Below are positions 10,938-19,805 of a stretch of DNA of 64,000 nucleotides, in pieces. The position numbers and the translations under genes are program-made. The stretch spans positions 256,001 to 320,000 of the forward strand of contig CAWFGE010000010.1 in assembly GCA_963815195.1 (NCBI GenBank), written 5' to 3'. The notes beneath the pieces were generated by a model. That model was given only the letters and a program-made list of their open reading frames with translations. It was not told the origin of the DNA and searched no databases. The number at the start of each line of letters is the position of its first letter. The first letter of the stretch is position 1. This DNA is from an uncultured Planctomycetaceae bacterium. Lineage in GTDB: Bacteria; Planctomycetota; Planctomycetia; Planctomycetales; Planctomycetaceae.

Positions 10938-12171
10938 GGGGGATCTCCAGCGGTTGGGGGCCGATCGTCAGCACGGTCAAGTCGGAGAGGGGATGCTCGT
11001 CCAAATACTTTTGGATGGACGCCACGGTGAGGCCGTCGATTTTGGCTTTGACCTCGTCGAGCGTGAGCACGCGCTCCAGATGATGCCAATGCGTTGCGAT
11101 CGAACGGGTGCGGGCCCGGGTGGATTCCTGCTGCATGATGAGCGAGCTTTTCGCGGACGCCTTGCAGCGGTGTAGTTCCTCCTCGGTGATGCCGCCTTCC
11201 AGCTTGCGGATTTCTTCGAGTGTGACGTTCAGCGTTTCCTGGGCGCGGTCGTTGGTGGTGCCGGCGTAGCAGATCATTCGGCCTTCGTGCTTGAAGCCGC
11301 TGAGCGACGCCGAGACCGCATAGCATAGGGCGCGTTTTTCGCGGACCTCCGAAAACAGCCGGCTGCTCATGCCCTGCCCCAAGACCGAAGCCGCCGCCCA
11401 CGCCGCGTAGTATCCGGGATCGGAAAAGGTCGGCCCCCAATAGGCGATGCCGATGTGCGTTTGCTCGGACTTGTGCATGACGTGATCGTGACTCGGCCCG
11501 CCGGGCGAGGTGTCGAACGTCGGCTCCGGCTTAGGAGCCCATTCTCCGAAACACTTTTGCACTTTGGCCTTGATCTCTTCGTAATCGACGTTGCCCGCGA
11601 TGGCGAGAATCGTGCCGCTCGGCCGGACGCAGCGGTCGTAATGTTCCCGCACCGACTCCGCCGAGATCAAAGGCAAGTCGGCGAGCGTGCCATCGGGCGG
11701 CAATCCCCACGGGGCTTCGTAACACCGGCGTTGCAGTTCCGGGATGATTTTTTGCTGCGGCTCGTCTTCGACCGCCCGCAGCGATTGCGTCACGCCCATC
11801 CGGACCGCCTCGAACTGGTCGGCCGGCAAATGCGGCCTCAGCAAGATGTCGGCATAGATGTCCAATGCCTGCGGCAAGTTCGCCGCGAGCATCGCCCCGC
11901 TCAAGGTGAGGAAGGAATTGTTAGGCGACTCGCTGCCTTGAACCCCCAAGCCATCGAGTGCTGCGATCAACTCCCGGCTGTCGCGCTCGCCCGCGCCGCG
12001 GGTGATGAGGTCGCTCAAAATCGCCGCCGTCCCGTTGTGGCCGAGCGGTTCGTAATTGCTGCCGGCCGGCACCAGAAGCGAAAACGCGGCGGACTTGACG
12101 CTGGTCATCGTCTCGACCAATAGCGTCAGCCCGTTCTCCAAGGTGTGGGCGTAAATATGTTGTTCCTGCAT
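10924..12171 (-). CDS. M16B peptidase-like non-catalytic partner subunit
   Basis: M16 fold motifs (LENGLT, SSRLF.EVREKRALCY) without HxxEH; overlaps the catalytic gene by 14 nt. Confidence 0.9.
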   Translation of the reverse strand: MQEQHIYAHTLENGLTLLVETMTSVKSAAFSLLVPAGSNYEPLGHNGTAAILSDLITRGAGERDSRELIAALDGLGVQGSESPNNSFLTLSGAMLAANLPQALDIYADILLRPHLPADQFEAVRMGVTQSLRAVEDEPQQKIIPELQRRCYEAPWGLPPDGTLADLPLISAESVREHYDRCVRPSGTILAIAGNVDYEEIKAKVQKCFGEWAPKPEPTFDTSPGGPSHDHVMHKSEQTHIGIAYWGPTFSDPGYYAAWAAASVLGQGMSSRLFSEVREKRALCYAVSASLSGFKHEGRMICYAGTTNDRAQETLNVTLEEIRKLEGGITEEELHRCKASAKSSLIMQQESTRARTRSIATHWHHLERVLTLDEVKAKIDGLTVASIQKYLDEHPLSDLTVLTIGPQPLEIPREFS

Positions 12172-12270
12172 TCTGTCTCCGTTCCATTGAGAACCGGTCC
12201 TCCCTCACGAGGATCTTGGGCGTCAGCGCGCTCGCTGCTTGATCTATGGTAACTCAAACTGTAAGCGTTT

Positions 12271-12411
12271 GGGTGGCTGGGGCGCAAATCCCCTTCGGAA
12301 TAAGGCTTGAACTAAGAATGCTGGGGCAGTGCGGGGCGAGAAAAATCTCACACGGCCCCAGGCCTCAAATCTGCTTTTTCCTTGGAACATTCCTTTGCGC
12401 CCCAGCCACCC
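12271..12411. repeat. REP/MITE-like element with perfect 18-bp terminal inverted repeats
   Basis: gggtggctggggcgcaaa (12271-12288) and tttgcgccccagccaccc (12394-12411). Confidence 0.8.
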
Positions 12412-12500
12412 TGCCGGTCCGCCGCCAGTCCTAAGTATTGATGATGTTTCGGACGCTGGCAAGGTCGCTCATTGGCGGGCTGGTCAAAGGGCGGATTTTC

Positions 12501-12569
12501 GCCGCGAAGCGGCGACAGCGAACTTAAGAATTCAAAACAACCAATGTGTTGCTAGCGCCGCTTCGCGGC
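12501..12569. repeat. REP-like inverted repeat (14 bp)
   Basis: gccgcgaagcggcg (12501-12514) and cgccgcttcgcggc (12556-12569). Confidence 0.7.
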
Positions 12570-12593
12570 TTCACATAATGCGCGATTTTGGAT

Positions 12594-12798
12594 CTTTCAA
12601 GAGCCGCGCACGAAGTAAGCGGTTTTCAAGGATTCACACAATGCAAAACCGCTTTGGCTTTCAAGAGCCGCGCACGAAGTAAGCGGTTTTCAAGGATTCA
12701 CACAATGCAAAACCGCTTTGGCTTTCAAGAGCCGCGCACGAAGTAAGCGGTTTTCAAGGATTCACACAATGCAAAACCGCTTACTTCGTGCGCGGCTC
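12594..12798. repeat. Three tandem 64-bp copies of a palindromic REP-like unit
   Basis: Units start at 12594, 12658 and 12722. The third completes a 26-bp perfect inverted repeat (12729-12754 / 12773-12798). Confidence 0.92.
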
Positions 12799-12837
12799 AG
12801 GCCTTTTAGGAACTCCTGAAATTCATAAGATCGTTCT

Positions 12838-15800
12838 TCACTGCGTCTTTGGACTTTCCTCGATGCTGCGTGATTCTTTGAAAGGCCGGGGCGACGTGAG
12901 TTGGGCGGGCGGGAACTCGGCCCATTCGGGGTTGGCCAAGAGCAGATGCCGGCGGCCCACGGCTTTGGGATCGAGGATCGTCAATTTCCGGGCCGAAAGG
13001 GCGTCTTCGATCGTCCGCCAATAGAGTTCCGTGGCCGTCAGTTCCGGCTGCTCGCGGAAGACCGGCTGCAAACTTTGAAACCGCTTCGCTTCGCCCCGGG
13101 CGGCTTCGCGCTTCGCGGCCGCATTGGCGTTCGCTTGCAACAGCACGCCCGCCGCTTCGCCCGCGAGGAACACCAATCGCGGCCCGTCTTTCTCCGGTTG
13201 CGATTGGGCGATGCGTTTCCAATCCGCATCAGTGAGAGGCGGAGTGTTCTCGGCCGCGGATTCGAAATCCATTCCCAAAACCTTTTGCAATTCCGCGAGT
13301 GCGCGCGGGCCGGCGACACCAAGCAAGCGGGACGCCGCCGCGGCTTGGGCTTCGTTGATTTGCTGCTCCTTCTCTTCCAAAGCGTTGGCGACATCGCGGT
13401 AAGCCGGCACGACGCCTCGGGGCGGATGGACTTCGATCAAACGCACCGCCACGATTTCCAATCCCAACCGCAACGTCTCCGCCCGCCGACGGAGCCGAGC
13501 TAAGGATTGCTCTTCGATCTTCGCCCGGCCGACGGTGAGCATTTCATCCAAGGACGTTTTTGCCGCCAGCGTTCGCAGGGTCTGTCCGGTCACGGCTCGC
13601 AGCGATTCTTCCGGGCTTCTGTTGCCGAAGGCAAACTGGTGCAAGTCCGCGATCCGGTAATGCACCTCGGCCGTCAGTTCGACGGGGACTTCCTCGGCCG
13701 TCAACACCAGCGCCTCTTCGGGGATCGGCTCTTCGCCCGTTTTTTCGTGGGGGCTTGTCCAATCGATGACCAGAGCCCGCGGCTGATCTTCGGAAAGCGA
13801 GTTTCGGCGAAAGCCAAAGGTCAGCGTGCGGAGGCGATCGGTCTTTTCGCGATAGATCCGCTCAAACGGAGCGGGCCAGCGCCAATGCCAGCCGGCTGCG
13901 AGCTCGGCGTGGCTTTTGCCGAACCGCGTGACGATCGCCCGCTCGTCGTGCGTGAGGAACACGAGGTTTGAAAGCAGCCACCAACAGGCCACTCCCGCCG
14001 CCGCCAACCGCAAGAGCACATTCCAATGGTCGACGAAGCGGTACACCCACCGCGTGGGCGAGAAGGCCGCCGTCAGCCATTCCGCCGAGGCGTTCATAAA
14101 GTTCGCAAGCCGGCCGGTGCGGCTGGCCGGTGTAGGCTCAAACCACAACAGCCGAAGGGCGTTCAGCATCACCGCCAGCGAACCGAGTTCATGAAACACG
14201 GCCCCCACGACGGGACTGAAGACCCCCACCGCGCACAGCAACATGCCCAGTCCGTTGAGGCCGAACGCGAACAGGAAGATGCTCTGGCGAATGTTTTGAA
14301 CCATGGCCCGCGAGAGCCGCACGAGTCCCGGCAGCGGTTTGAGTTGGCCGCCCAAGAACACCAGATCGCCCGCCTCGGCCGCGAGGTCCCCGCCGCGCTG
14401 GGAGACGGCGATGCCCACGTCCGCCGCCGCGAGTGCCGGGGCATCGTTGATGCCGTCGCCCACCATTGCCAGCTTGGTCCCGCCGCGTTGATGCTCCGCG
14501 ACCCAACGGGCTTTGTCGGCCGGCAGAAGTTCCGCATGTGTTTGATCGAGCCACCCCAACGATTGGGCGACGGCAAGAGCCGCCGGTTCGCGGTCGCCGG
14601 TGAGCAGCACCGTTTCCCGCACGCCCAGGCGTTTGAGGTGCATCAACACATCGCGGGCTTCTTCGCGGACCGCATCCTTAACGCCGACCGCGCCCAACAA
14701 TGTTCCACCCACCGCGAGAAACAACCCCGTTTCGCCGGCTTGATCGAACTCCGCGAGCGTTTGCCGGCCGGCGTCTGCATCGCTCACGCCTTGCTCGGTC
14801 AGCCAGCGCAAGTTCCCCACACAAACTGCGATTTCCTTCGCTTCCGAAAGCAACGATGAACTTTCCGCCCAGGCTTGCCGAAGCGCTTCGGTCGAGATCA
14901 TCGAGGACACGCCGCCGCCCGCTGTCGCTGAGAAGTTGTGCACCGCGGGCAATGTCCAATGGCGTTCGTCACGAAGGCGGTCAAACGGCCGGGCCAGCGG
15001 GTGTTCGCTTTGCTGCTCGGCCGCCGCCATCAGGAACAGCAGAAACTCTTCGGGGCATTCGTTGTTTACGGATCGCACCGTGCCGAGTTCCATTTCGCCG
15101 CGGGTGAGCGTGCCGGTCTTGTCGAAGGCGAAGGCGTCGATCTTCGCCAGGCGTTCGAGGGCATCGGAACCTTTGACGACAATCCCCGCCCGCGCGAGCC
15201 AGGCGAGCGCTGCCATCACCGCGGTCGGCGTCGCCAGCACCAACGCGCACGGGCACGCCACGACCAACACGCCCAGCGTGGGCTGCCAGCCGGCGTTCCG
15301 ATCGCCGGTGATCGCCCACCAACTGAGAAACGTGGCGAGAGCCGCGGCCAGCACGATCGGCAAGAAGAATTTCGCCAGCCGGTCGGCCGTGCGTTCGGTG
15401 GGCGTTTTCGTGCGGGACGCCTCGGCCACCGTTTCGGTGACTTGCCCCAAGAGCGTTTCCTGCCCCGTCCGCACGACCGAAAACGTGATCGCCCCGAACT
15501 GGTTCAGCGTGCCCGCGAAGACTTCATCGCCCGCGGATTTTTCCACCGGCCCGCTTTCGCCGGTGAGCGCGCTTTGATCGATGCTCGAAGAGCCTTCCAA
15601 GACCCGGCCGTCGGCGGGCAGGCGTTCGCCGGGCCGAACGATCACGGCATCGCCGGCGGCGAGTTGCGACAGCGGGCATTCGATTTCCCTGCCGTCTTTT
15701 TGAATGCGGGCGATGGGCGGATAGAGATCGAACACCTTGCGAATGGCCGCGTGCGCGCGGTCGATCGTGTAGCGCTCCACGCATTCGCCGGTCAATGTAA

Positions 15801-16152
15801 TGAACACCACGAGAGCGGCGGTCATCGCTTCGCCCAACCACACCGCGGCGGCGAAGGCGATCGTGAGCGCCAATCCCGCACCCACCCGGCCCGAGAGCAA
15901 ATCGTCCAGCGTGTGATACAAAATCCGCGACCCGCCCAGGACCGCCGCCAACAGCGCCCAGCGGTAGCCGAAGTATGTTGCGGAAAAAACCCCGGTGACG
16001 CTGGCGAAAACATCCACCAACAGGAGACCGCCCACGGCGAGCGTCAGCAAATACAGCGGGGCCGACTCGTAATGCACGCTTCGGCGCTTCGCCGTTTGCG
16101 CAGAGGAATCCGCGGGTAAAAACTCACGCGAGGATTCCGGGACATAATGCAT
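12838..16152 (-). CDS. P1B-type heavy-metal ATPase fused to a C-terminal SPFH/HflK-like domain
   Basis: TGES, CPC, DKTGT, SEHPLA, TGD and GDGINDAPALA motifs, followed by E..IVTRFGK, GWHWRWP.P.E and VHPP..V..AY.DV..A (SPFH/HflK) in one uninterrupted 1104-aa ORF. Confidence 0.9.
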   Translation of the reverse strand: MHYVPESSREFLPADSSAQTAKRRSVHYESAPLYLLTLAVGGLLLVDVFASVTGVFSATYFGYRWALLAAVLGGSRILYHTLDDLLSGRVGAGLALTIAFAAAVWLGEAMTAALVVFITLTGECVERYTIDRAHAAIRKVFDLYPPIARIQKDGREIECPLSQLAAGDAVIVRPGERLPADGRVLEGSSSIDQSALTGESGPVEKSAGDEVFAGTLNQFGAITFSVVRTGQETLLGQVTETVAEASRTKTPTERTADRLAKFFLPIVLAAALATFLSWWAITGDRNAGWQPTLGVLVVACPCALVLATPTAVMAALAWLARAGIVVKGSDALERLAKIDAFAFDKTGTLTRGEMELGTVRSVNNECPEEFLLFLMAAAEQQSEHPLARPFDRLRDERHWTLPAVHNFSATAGGGVSSMISTEALRQAWAESSSLLSEAKEIAVCVGNLRWLTEQGVSDADAGRQTLAEFDQAGETGLFLAVGGTLLGAVGVKDAVREEARDVLMHLKRLGVRETVLLTGDREPAALAVAQSLGWLDQTHAELLPADKARWVAEHQRGGTKLAMVGDGINDAPALAAADVGIAVSQRGGDLAAEAGDLVFLGGQLKPLPGLVRLSRAMVQNIRQSIFLFAFGLNGLGMLLCAVGVFSPVVGAVFHELGSLAVMLNALRLLWFEPTPASRTGRLANFMNASAEWLTAAFSPTRWVYRFVDHWNVLLRLAAAGVACWWLLSNLVFLTHDERAIVTRFGKSHAELAAGWHWRWPAPFERIYREKTDRLRTLTFGFRRNSLSEDQPRALVIDWTSPHEKTGEEPIPEEALVLTAEEVPVELTAEVHYRIADLHQFAFGNRSPEESLRAVTGQTLRTLAAKTSLDEMLTVGRAKIEEQSLARLRRRAETLRLGLEIVAVRLIEVHPPRGVVPAYRDVANALEEKEQQINEAQAAAASRLLGVAGPRALAELQKVLGMDFESAAENTPPLTDADWKRIAQSQPEKDGPRLVFLAGEAAGVLLQANANAAAKREAARGEAKRFQSLQPVFREQPELTATELYWRTIEDALSARKLTILDPKAVGRRHLLLANPEWAEFPPAQLTSPRPFKESRSIEESPKTQ

Positions 16153-16179
16153 GGAAAGTCGGAACAGGAAGAGTTAGGG

Positions 16180-16349
16180 AACCACGAATGACACGAATAA
16201 ACCCCCTTGGTGCAAATCAAAGGCAGATTACGATCAGGATTCACTCAAACGGTAAAGACTTTAACCACGAAACACACGAATGACACGAAAAACAGCCAGA
16301 ATTCTCTGAAAATCTTCTGCCTTTCGTGTGATTCGTGTGTTTCGTGGTT
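16180..16349. repeat. Nonamer-based (cacgaa-type) inverted-repeat element
   Basis: 16263-16290 and 16322-16349 are 28-bp inverted repeats with 1 mismatch; an extra partial left arm lies at ~16180-16198. Confidence 0.8.
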
Positions 16350-16433
16350 CATCCTCTTACAGTTTGAGGATTACGAGGCACGGTGCCGATGCGTCTTGCG
16401 ATTCCGTGCATTTCGTGGTCGACATTTTCTTTC

Positions 16434-17371
16434 TTAAATGCCGGTTTGGAGTTGGCGGAGTTCGCGGGGCAGGGGGAACGTCACGTGCTCTTCGCGGATG
16501 GTCGCTTCGCGGACCGTGGCGCCGTAATTCTCCGTGAGGAAATCGACGCACTCCTGGACCACGACTTCCGGGCGCTCGCGCCGGCGGTGATCAAAACGGT
16601 GTTTACGCCCTCGAGCCATTTCTGGCGAAGCTCGTGAGCCCCGTCGATCAAATAGGCCGGCTTGCCCAAGTCCATGCCGATCTCCTGCAGCCGCCGGCTG
16701 TTGGAGCTGTTCTGGCTGCCCAGGACGATCACCAGGTCGGCCTGCGACGCCAACTCGGCCACCGCTTCCTGGCGGTTCGTCGTCGCGTAGCAAATATCCT
16801 CCTTGGGAGGCCGGGCGATGTGCGGAAAGCGGGTTTTAAGGGCCTCGATCACCAGGTTTGCCTCGCCTACGCTGAGCGTCGTCTGCGTGAGATAGGCGAT
16901 TTTGTCGTCCGGTCCGAAGGGCAGCTCCGCGACCTCTTCGGGCGTTTCCACGAGGGTGATGCTCTCCGGGGCTTCGCCCATCGTGCCGATGACCTCGTCG
17001 TGCCCATCATGGCCGATGAGGATAATGTGATACCCGCCGCGGGCAAAGCGAATCGCTTCCAGATGCACCTTGGTCACGAGCGGGCAGGTGGCGTCGATCG
17101 TTTGCAGCTTGCGGGCCTTGGCCTGGTCGCGGACTTCAGGCGAAACGCCGTGGGCGCTATACAGCAGGATCGAGCCTTCGGGGGCCTCGTCGATGGAATC
17201 GATGAAGGTCACGCCCTGTTTGGTGAAGCGCTCGACCACGTATTTGTTGTGGACGATTTCGTGATAGACGTACACGTCGGAGCCGAACATGCGGATCGTC
17301 TCATCCAGACAATCGATGGCCATGTTCACGCCCGCGCAAAAGCCGCGCGGATTGGCTAACAGAATTTCCAT
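16434..17371 (-). CDS. ispH: 4-hydroxy-3-methylbut-2-enyl diphosphate reductase (frameshift near 16571, probably a sequencing error)
   Basis: PRGFCAGV, IVHN, DATCPLVTKVH, DICYATTNRQ and SSNS. The conserved TAGASAPE..V C-terminus continues in the other frame (ORF 16434..16793) after one missing base in a C-run. Confidence 0.95.
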
Positions 17372-17681
17372 CGTGGATTACTTTCTAGCGGGCCGAGGAC
17401 AACCGAGGCGGAAAACCAACCCGCGCGCTGCCAACGAATCGGCCCCTGGATCCCTAGGGTGATTTGCTTCCAACGTTTCCAACATCGAGGAAACCGCAAC
17501 AAGCCGAATTGTATATTGTATCACGCAAAATAGTCCCGCGTCATGGTTTAAGAGCGATCGGGAAAAAACTTTCCACGATCAACCGAAACTCGCAGGCCTG
17601 CCTCCGGTCGCTTGTTCGACGGAATCGGGGCTAGCGCCCTGCGGCTAATGAATGGGAAATCACGGGCGGCCCCGGCGACTT

Positions 17682-18551
17682 TCACGCGGCGCGTTTGCCG
17701 GGGCGGTTTGATTCCGGGGCGGGCGGTTGGATTGGGGCCAGGGCTTGGGCGAGTTTTTTCTTGTTGCGGCCGGCGTGGTTGAGGAGATCCAGAAACCACG
17801 GGGCAAAGCGTTTGGTCTGATAGAGCACGTGGGCCAAAGGGGTCAGCAGCACCAGCCGGCGATTTTTGCGGATGGCTTTGATGGCCCGATCCGCGACGCG
17901 GTCTTCGGTCGTGCAGATCCAGCGGGGAGGTTCGGGGGCGGGTTTGGCCTTCTCGCCGGTTTGCGCGGATTGATACAGCTTCGTCCGCACCGGTCCCGGA
18001 CACAGGGCCGTCACCCCGATGCCCTTGCGGCCGTATTCCGCGCGGAGGGCTTCGCTGAAACCCACGAGTCCGAACTTGCTTACGTGATACGCCGCGAACC
18101 GGCCGCCGGCGACCAGTCCCGCGATGCTGCACACGTTCAAGATGTGCGCTTCCGGGCGGTCCATCAGCACCGGTAAGAGCTCCCGCGTGAGTTGGATCGG
18201 CGCGTGCAGGTTGATCGCGAGCAGCCAATTCCATTGCTCGGCGGTCATTTTGTGCGTCGGGCCATAGTAGGCGACGCCCGCGTTGTTGATGAGAATATCC
18301 ACGTGCCGCCAACGCACCAGGACATCGCGGACCGCGGCGGTGATCTCGTCGGGCTTCGCCAGGTCGCAGCGCCGGCCGAGGGCTTTGACTTTGAGAGCCG
18401 TGACCTCAGCCACGACGTCCTCCAGTCCCGCCTGGTCCACATCGAGCAAAAACAGGTCGGCCCCTTCGCGGGCCAATGCCACGGCCAGAGCCCGGCCAAT
18501 ACCCGAAGCGGCCCCCGTGATCAGGGCCCGTTTTCCGCGGATCGATTTCAT
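17682..18551 (-). CDS. SDR family NAD(P)-dependent oxidoreductase
   Basis: TGAASGIG, NNAG and YHVSK (YxxxK). Confidence 0.93.
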   Translation of the reverse strand: MKSIRGKRALITGAASGIGRALAVALAREGADLFLLDVDQAGLEDVVAEVTALKVKALGRRCDLAKPDEITAAVRDVLVRWRHVDILINNAGVAYYGPTHKMTAEQWNWLLAINLHAPIQLTRELLPVLMDRPEAHILNVCSIAGLVAGGRFAAYHVSKFGLVGFSEALRAEYGRKGIGVTALCPGPVRTKLYQSAQTGEKAKPAPEPPRWICTTEDRVADRAIKAIRKNRRLVLLTPLAHVLYQTKRFAPWFLDLLNHAGRNKKKLAQALAPIQPPAPESNRPGKRAA

Positions 18552-18618
18552 CTGGCAAACTCCCGTCGGTTGGCTTGGTGAGCGCTCTTGGTGCGGCGCG
18601 TTTTCATTCCGGCTGCAT

Positions 18619-18810
18619 CTATGGCTTGTATTCGGAACCGTCGAGATTGAGTGGAGGCAGACCCTCCTTTTTGCGGCCGAGATTCGGGTTATTAAACCCG
18701 TATCCCGCCCGCCAAAGTCGATCGATGTCCGTGTCCTTCTTCCGGTCCGTCGTGCACCCCGAAAGGATCACGAGCAAGAACGGAAGCAGCCAGCGGGTTT
18801 TGGGAGCCAT
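18619..18810 (-). CDS. Small lipoprotein (63 aa), unknown function
   Basis: MAPKTRWLLPFLLVILSGC, with an LSGC lipobox. Confidence 0.7.
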   Translation of the reverse strand: MAPKTRWLLPFLLVILSGCTTDRKKDTDIDRLWRAGYGFNNPNLGRKKEGLPPLNLDGSEYKP

Positions 18811-18997
18811 TCGGAAATCCTTTCGCGATCGAACGAATTCCGGCACCGACCGCCATGCGCAAGGGGACTTGCGGTGCATGGCAGCCGATGGGCTCTCAAA
18901 CGGTCGAGGCTTTTGATGCAGTCTGATACCCGGAACGTCGGCGCGGAGTGTACCTGAAAGGGCGACACCAAGCCAAGACGGGTTTCAGAGCCAGCGG

Positions 18998-19429
18998 TTA
19001 TGTCAGAGTCGCGACGGGAACTTCCCAGTCACGCTCCAACTCGGCCCCGTCGACAAAGCGGGGCACCTGGCGAATTGAGACGTCTCCCAGGTCGATTTCC
19101 TCCCGGATGTATGCCAATACATCGTTCGGGTCGGTTTGGCCACAGGTGAAGACGTCGAGAGCAATCATTCCCAGATCAGCGTAGCAGTGGGCCGAGCAGT
19201 GGCTCTCGTCAAGAACCACGACGGCCGTAAATCCTGGGGGAGAATTGTGGCCGAAATGATAGCGGACTTGCGAAATGACGTTCGCGCCGGCTTTTCTTGC
19301 CCCGCGCGCCATCGCGTCCAACATTGCGGCATCGTTCAGACAAACGTCCAAAGGGACGTTACGACAGTCGATAAGAAGATGCTTGCCTCTTTCCAACTCA
19401 TAAACCCTCCCAGCTCGAAAGCCAGCCAT
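18998..19429 (-). CDS. speD: S-adenosylmethionine decarboxylase proenzyme family (class 1b)
   Basis: GKHLLID, G.T.VV.LDESH (pyruvoyl cleavage site) and DVFTCG. Confidence 0.8.
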   Translation of the reverse strand: MAGFRAGRVYELERGKHLLIDCRNVPLDVCLNDAAMLDAMARGARKAGANVISQVRYHFGHNSPPGFTAVVVLDESHCSAHCYADLGMIALDVFTCGQTDPNDVLAYIREEIDLGDVSIRQVPRFVDGAELERDWEVPVATLT

Positions 19430-19805
19430 GTGAACCCCAGACCCATTCGCTCCCGAGCGGTCGTTCTCCGCAAGGGACGAGATGGTGGGGTGATGAAACC
19501 GACACAAACGCGGTTCATCAAAATCTTAGAAGAGCAAAATGGTATCGACAGAATTCCGGCAAAGCAAGTAGAGAAATCCCAATTTTTTTCGCCCGAACCC
19601 TTGGCCGGCTCGGAGCTTACCGGACACCGCAATTCTTGGGGTTTTTCACCCGTCCGGCGTCCGGAACCGGCCCCAGCCGCCGGCATTTTCCCGGGGCTCA
19701 GCGGAAAAAAATCCGCTGGAGCCGGCCCAAGCCGCGGCGGACAAGAGTGTCCAACCCCGGCGGCCCCATTCCAGCGGAACGAAACGCGAGTTTCACACCG
19801 AGGTG

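Noticed and set aside
2481..12171. PQQ or RiPP biosynthesis (propeller, radical SAM, M16 pair)
   Set aside because: The radical SAM is HemN-type rather than SPASM/PqqE, no precursor or PqqB-D genes are seen, and the M16 pair is on the opposite strand beyond unrelated genes.
12594..12798. Possible CRISPR array
   Set aside because: The would-be spacers are identical and no cas genes are present; it is a tandem triplication of a palindromic unit.
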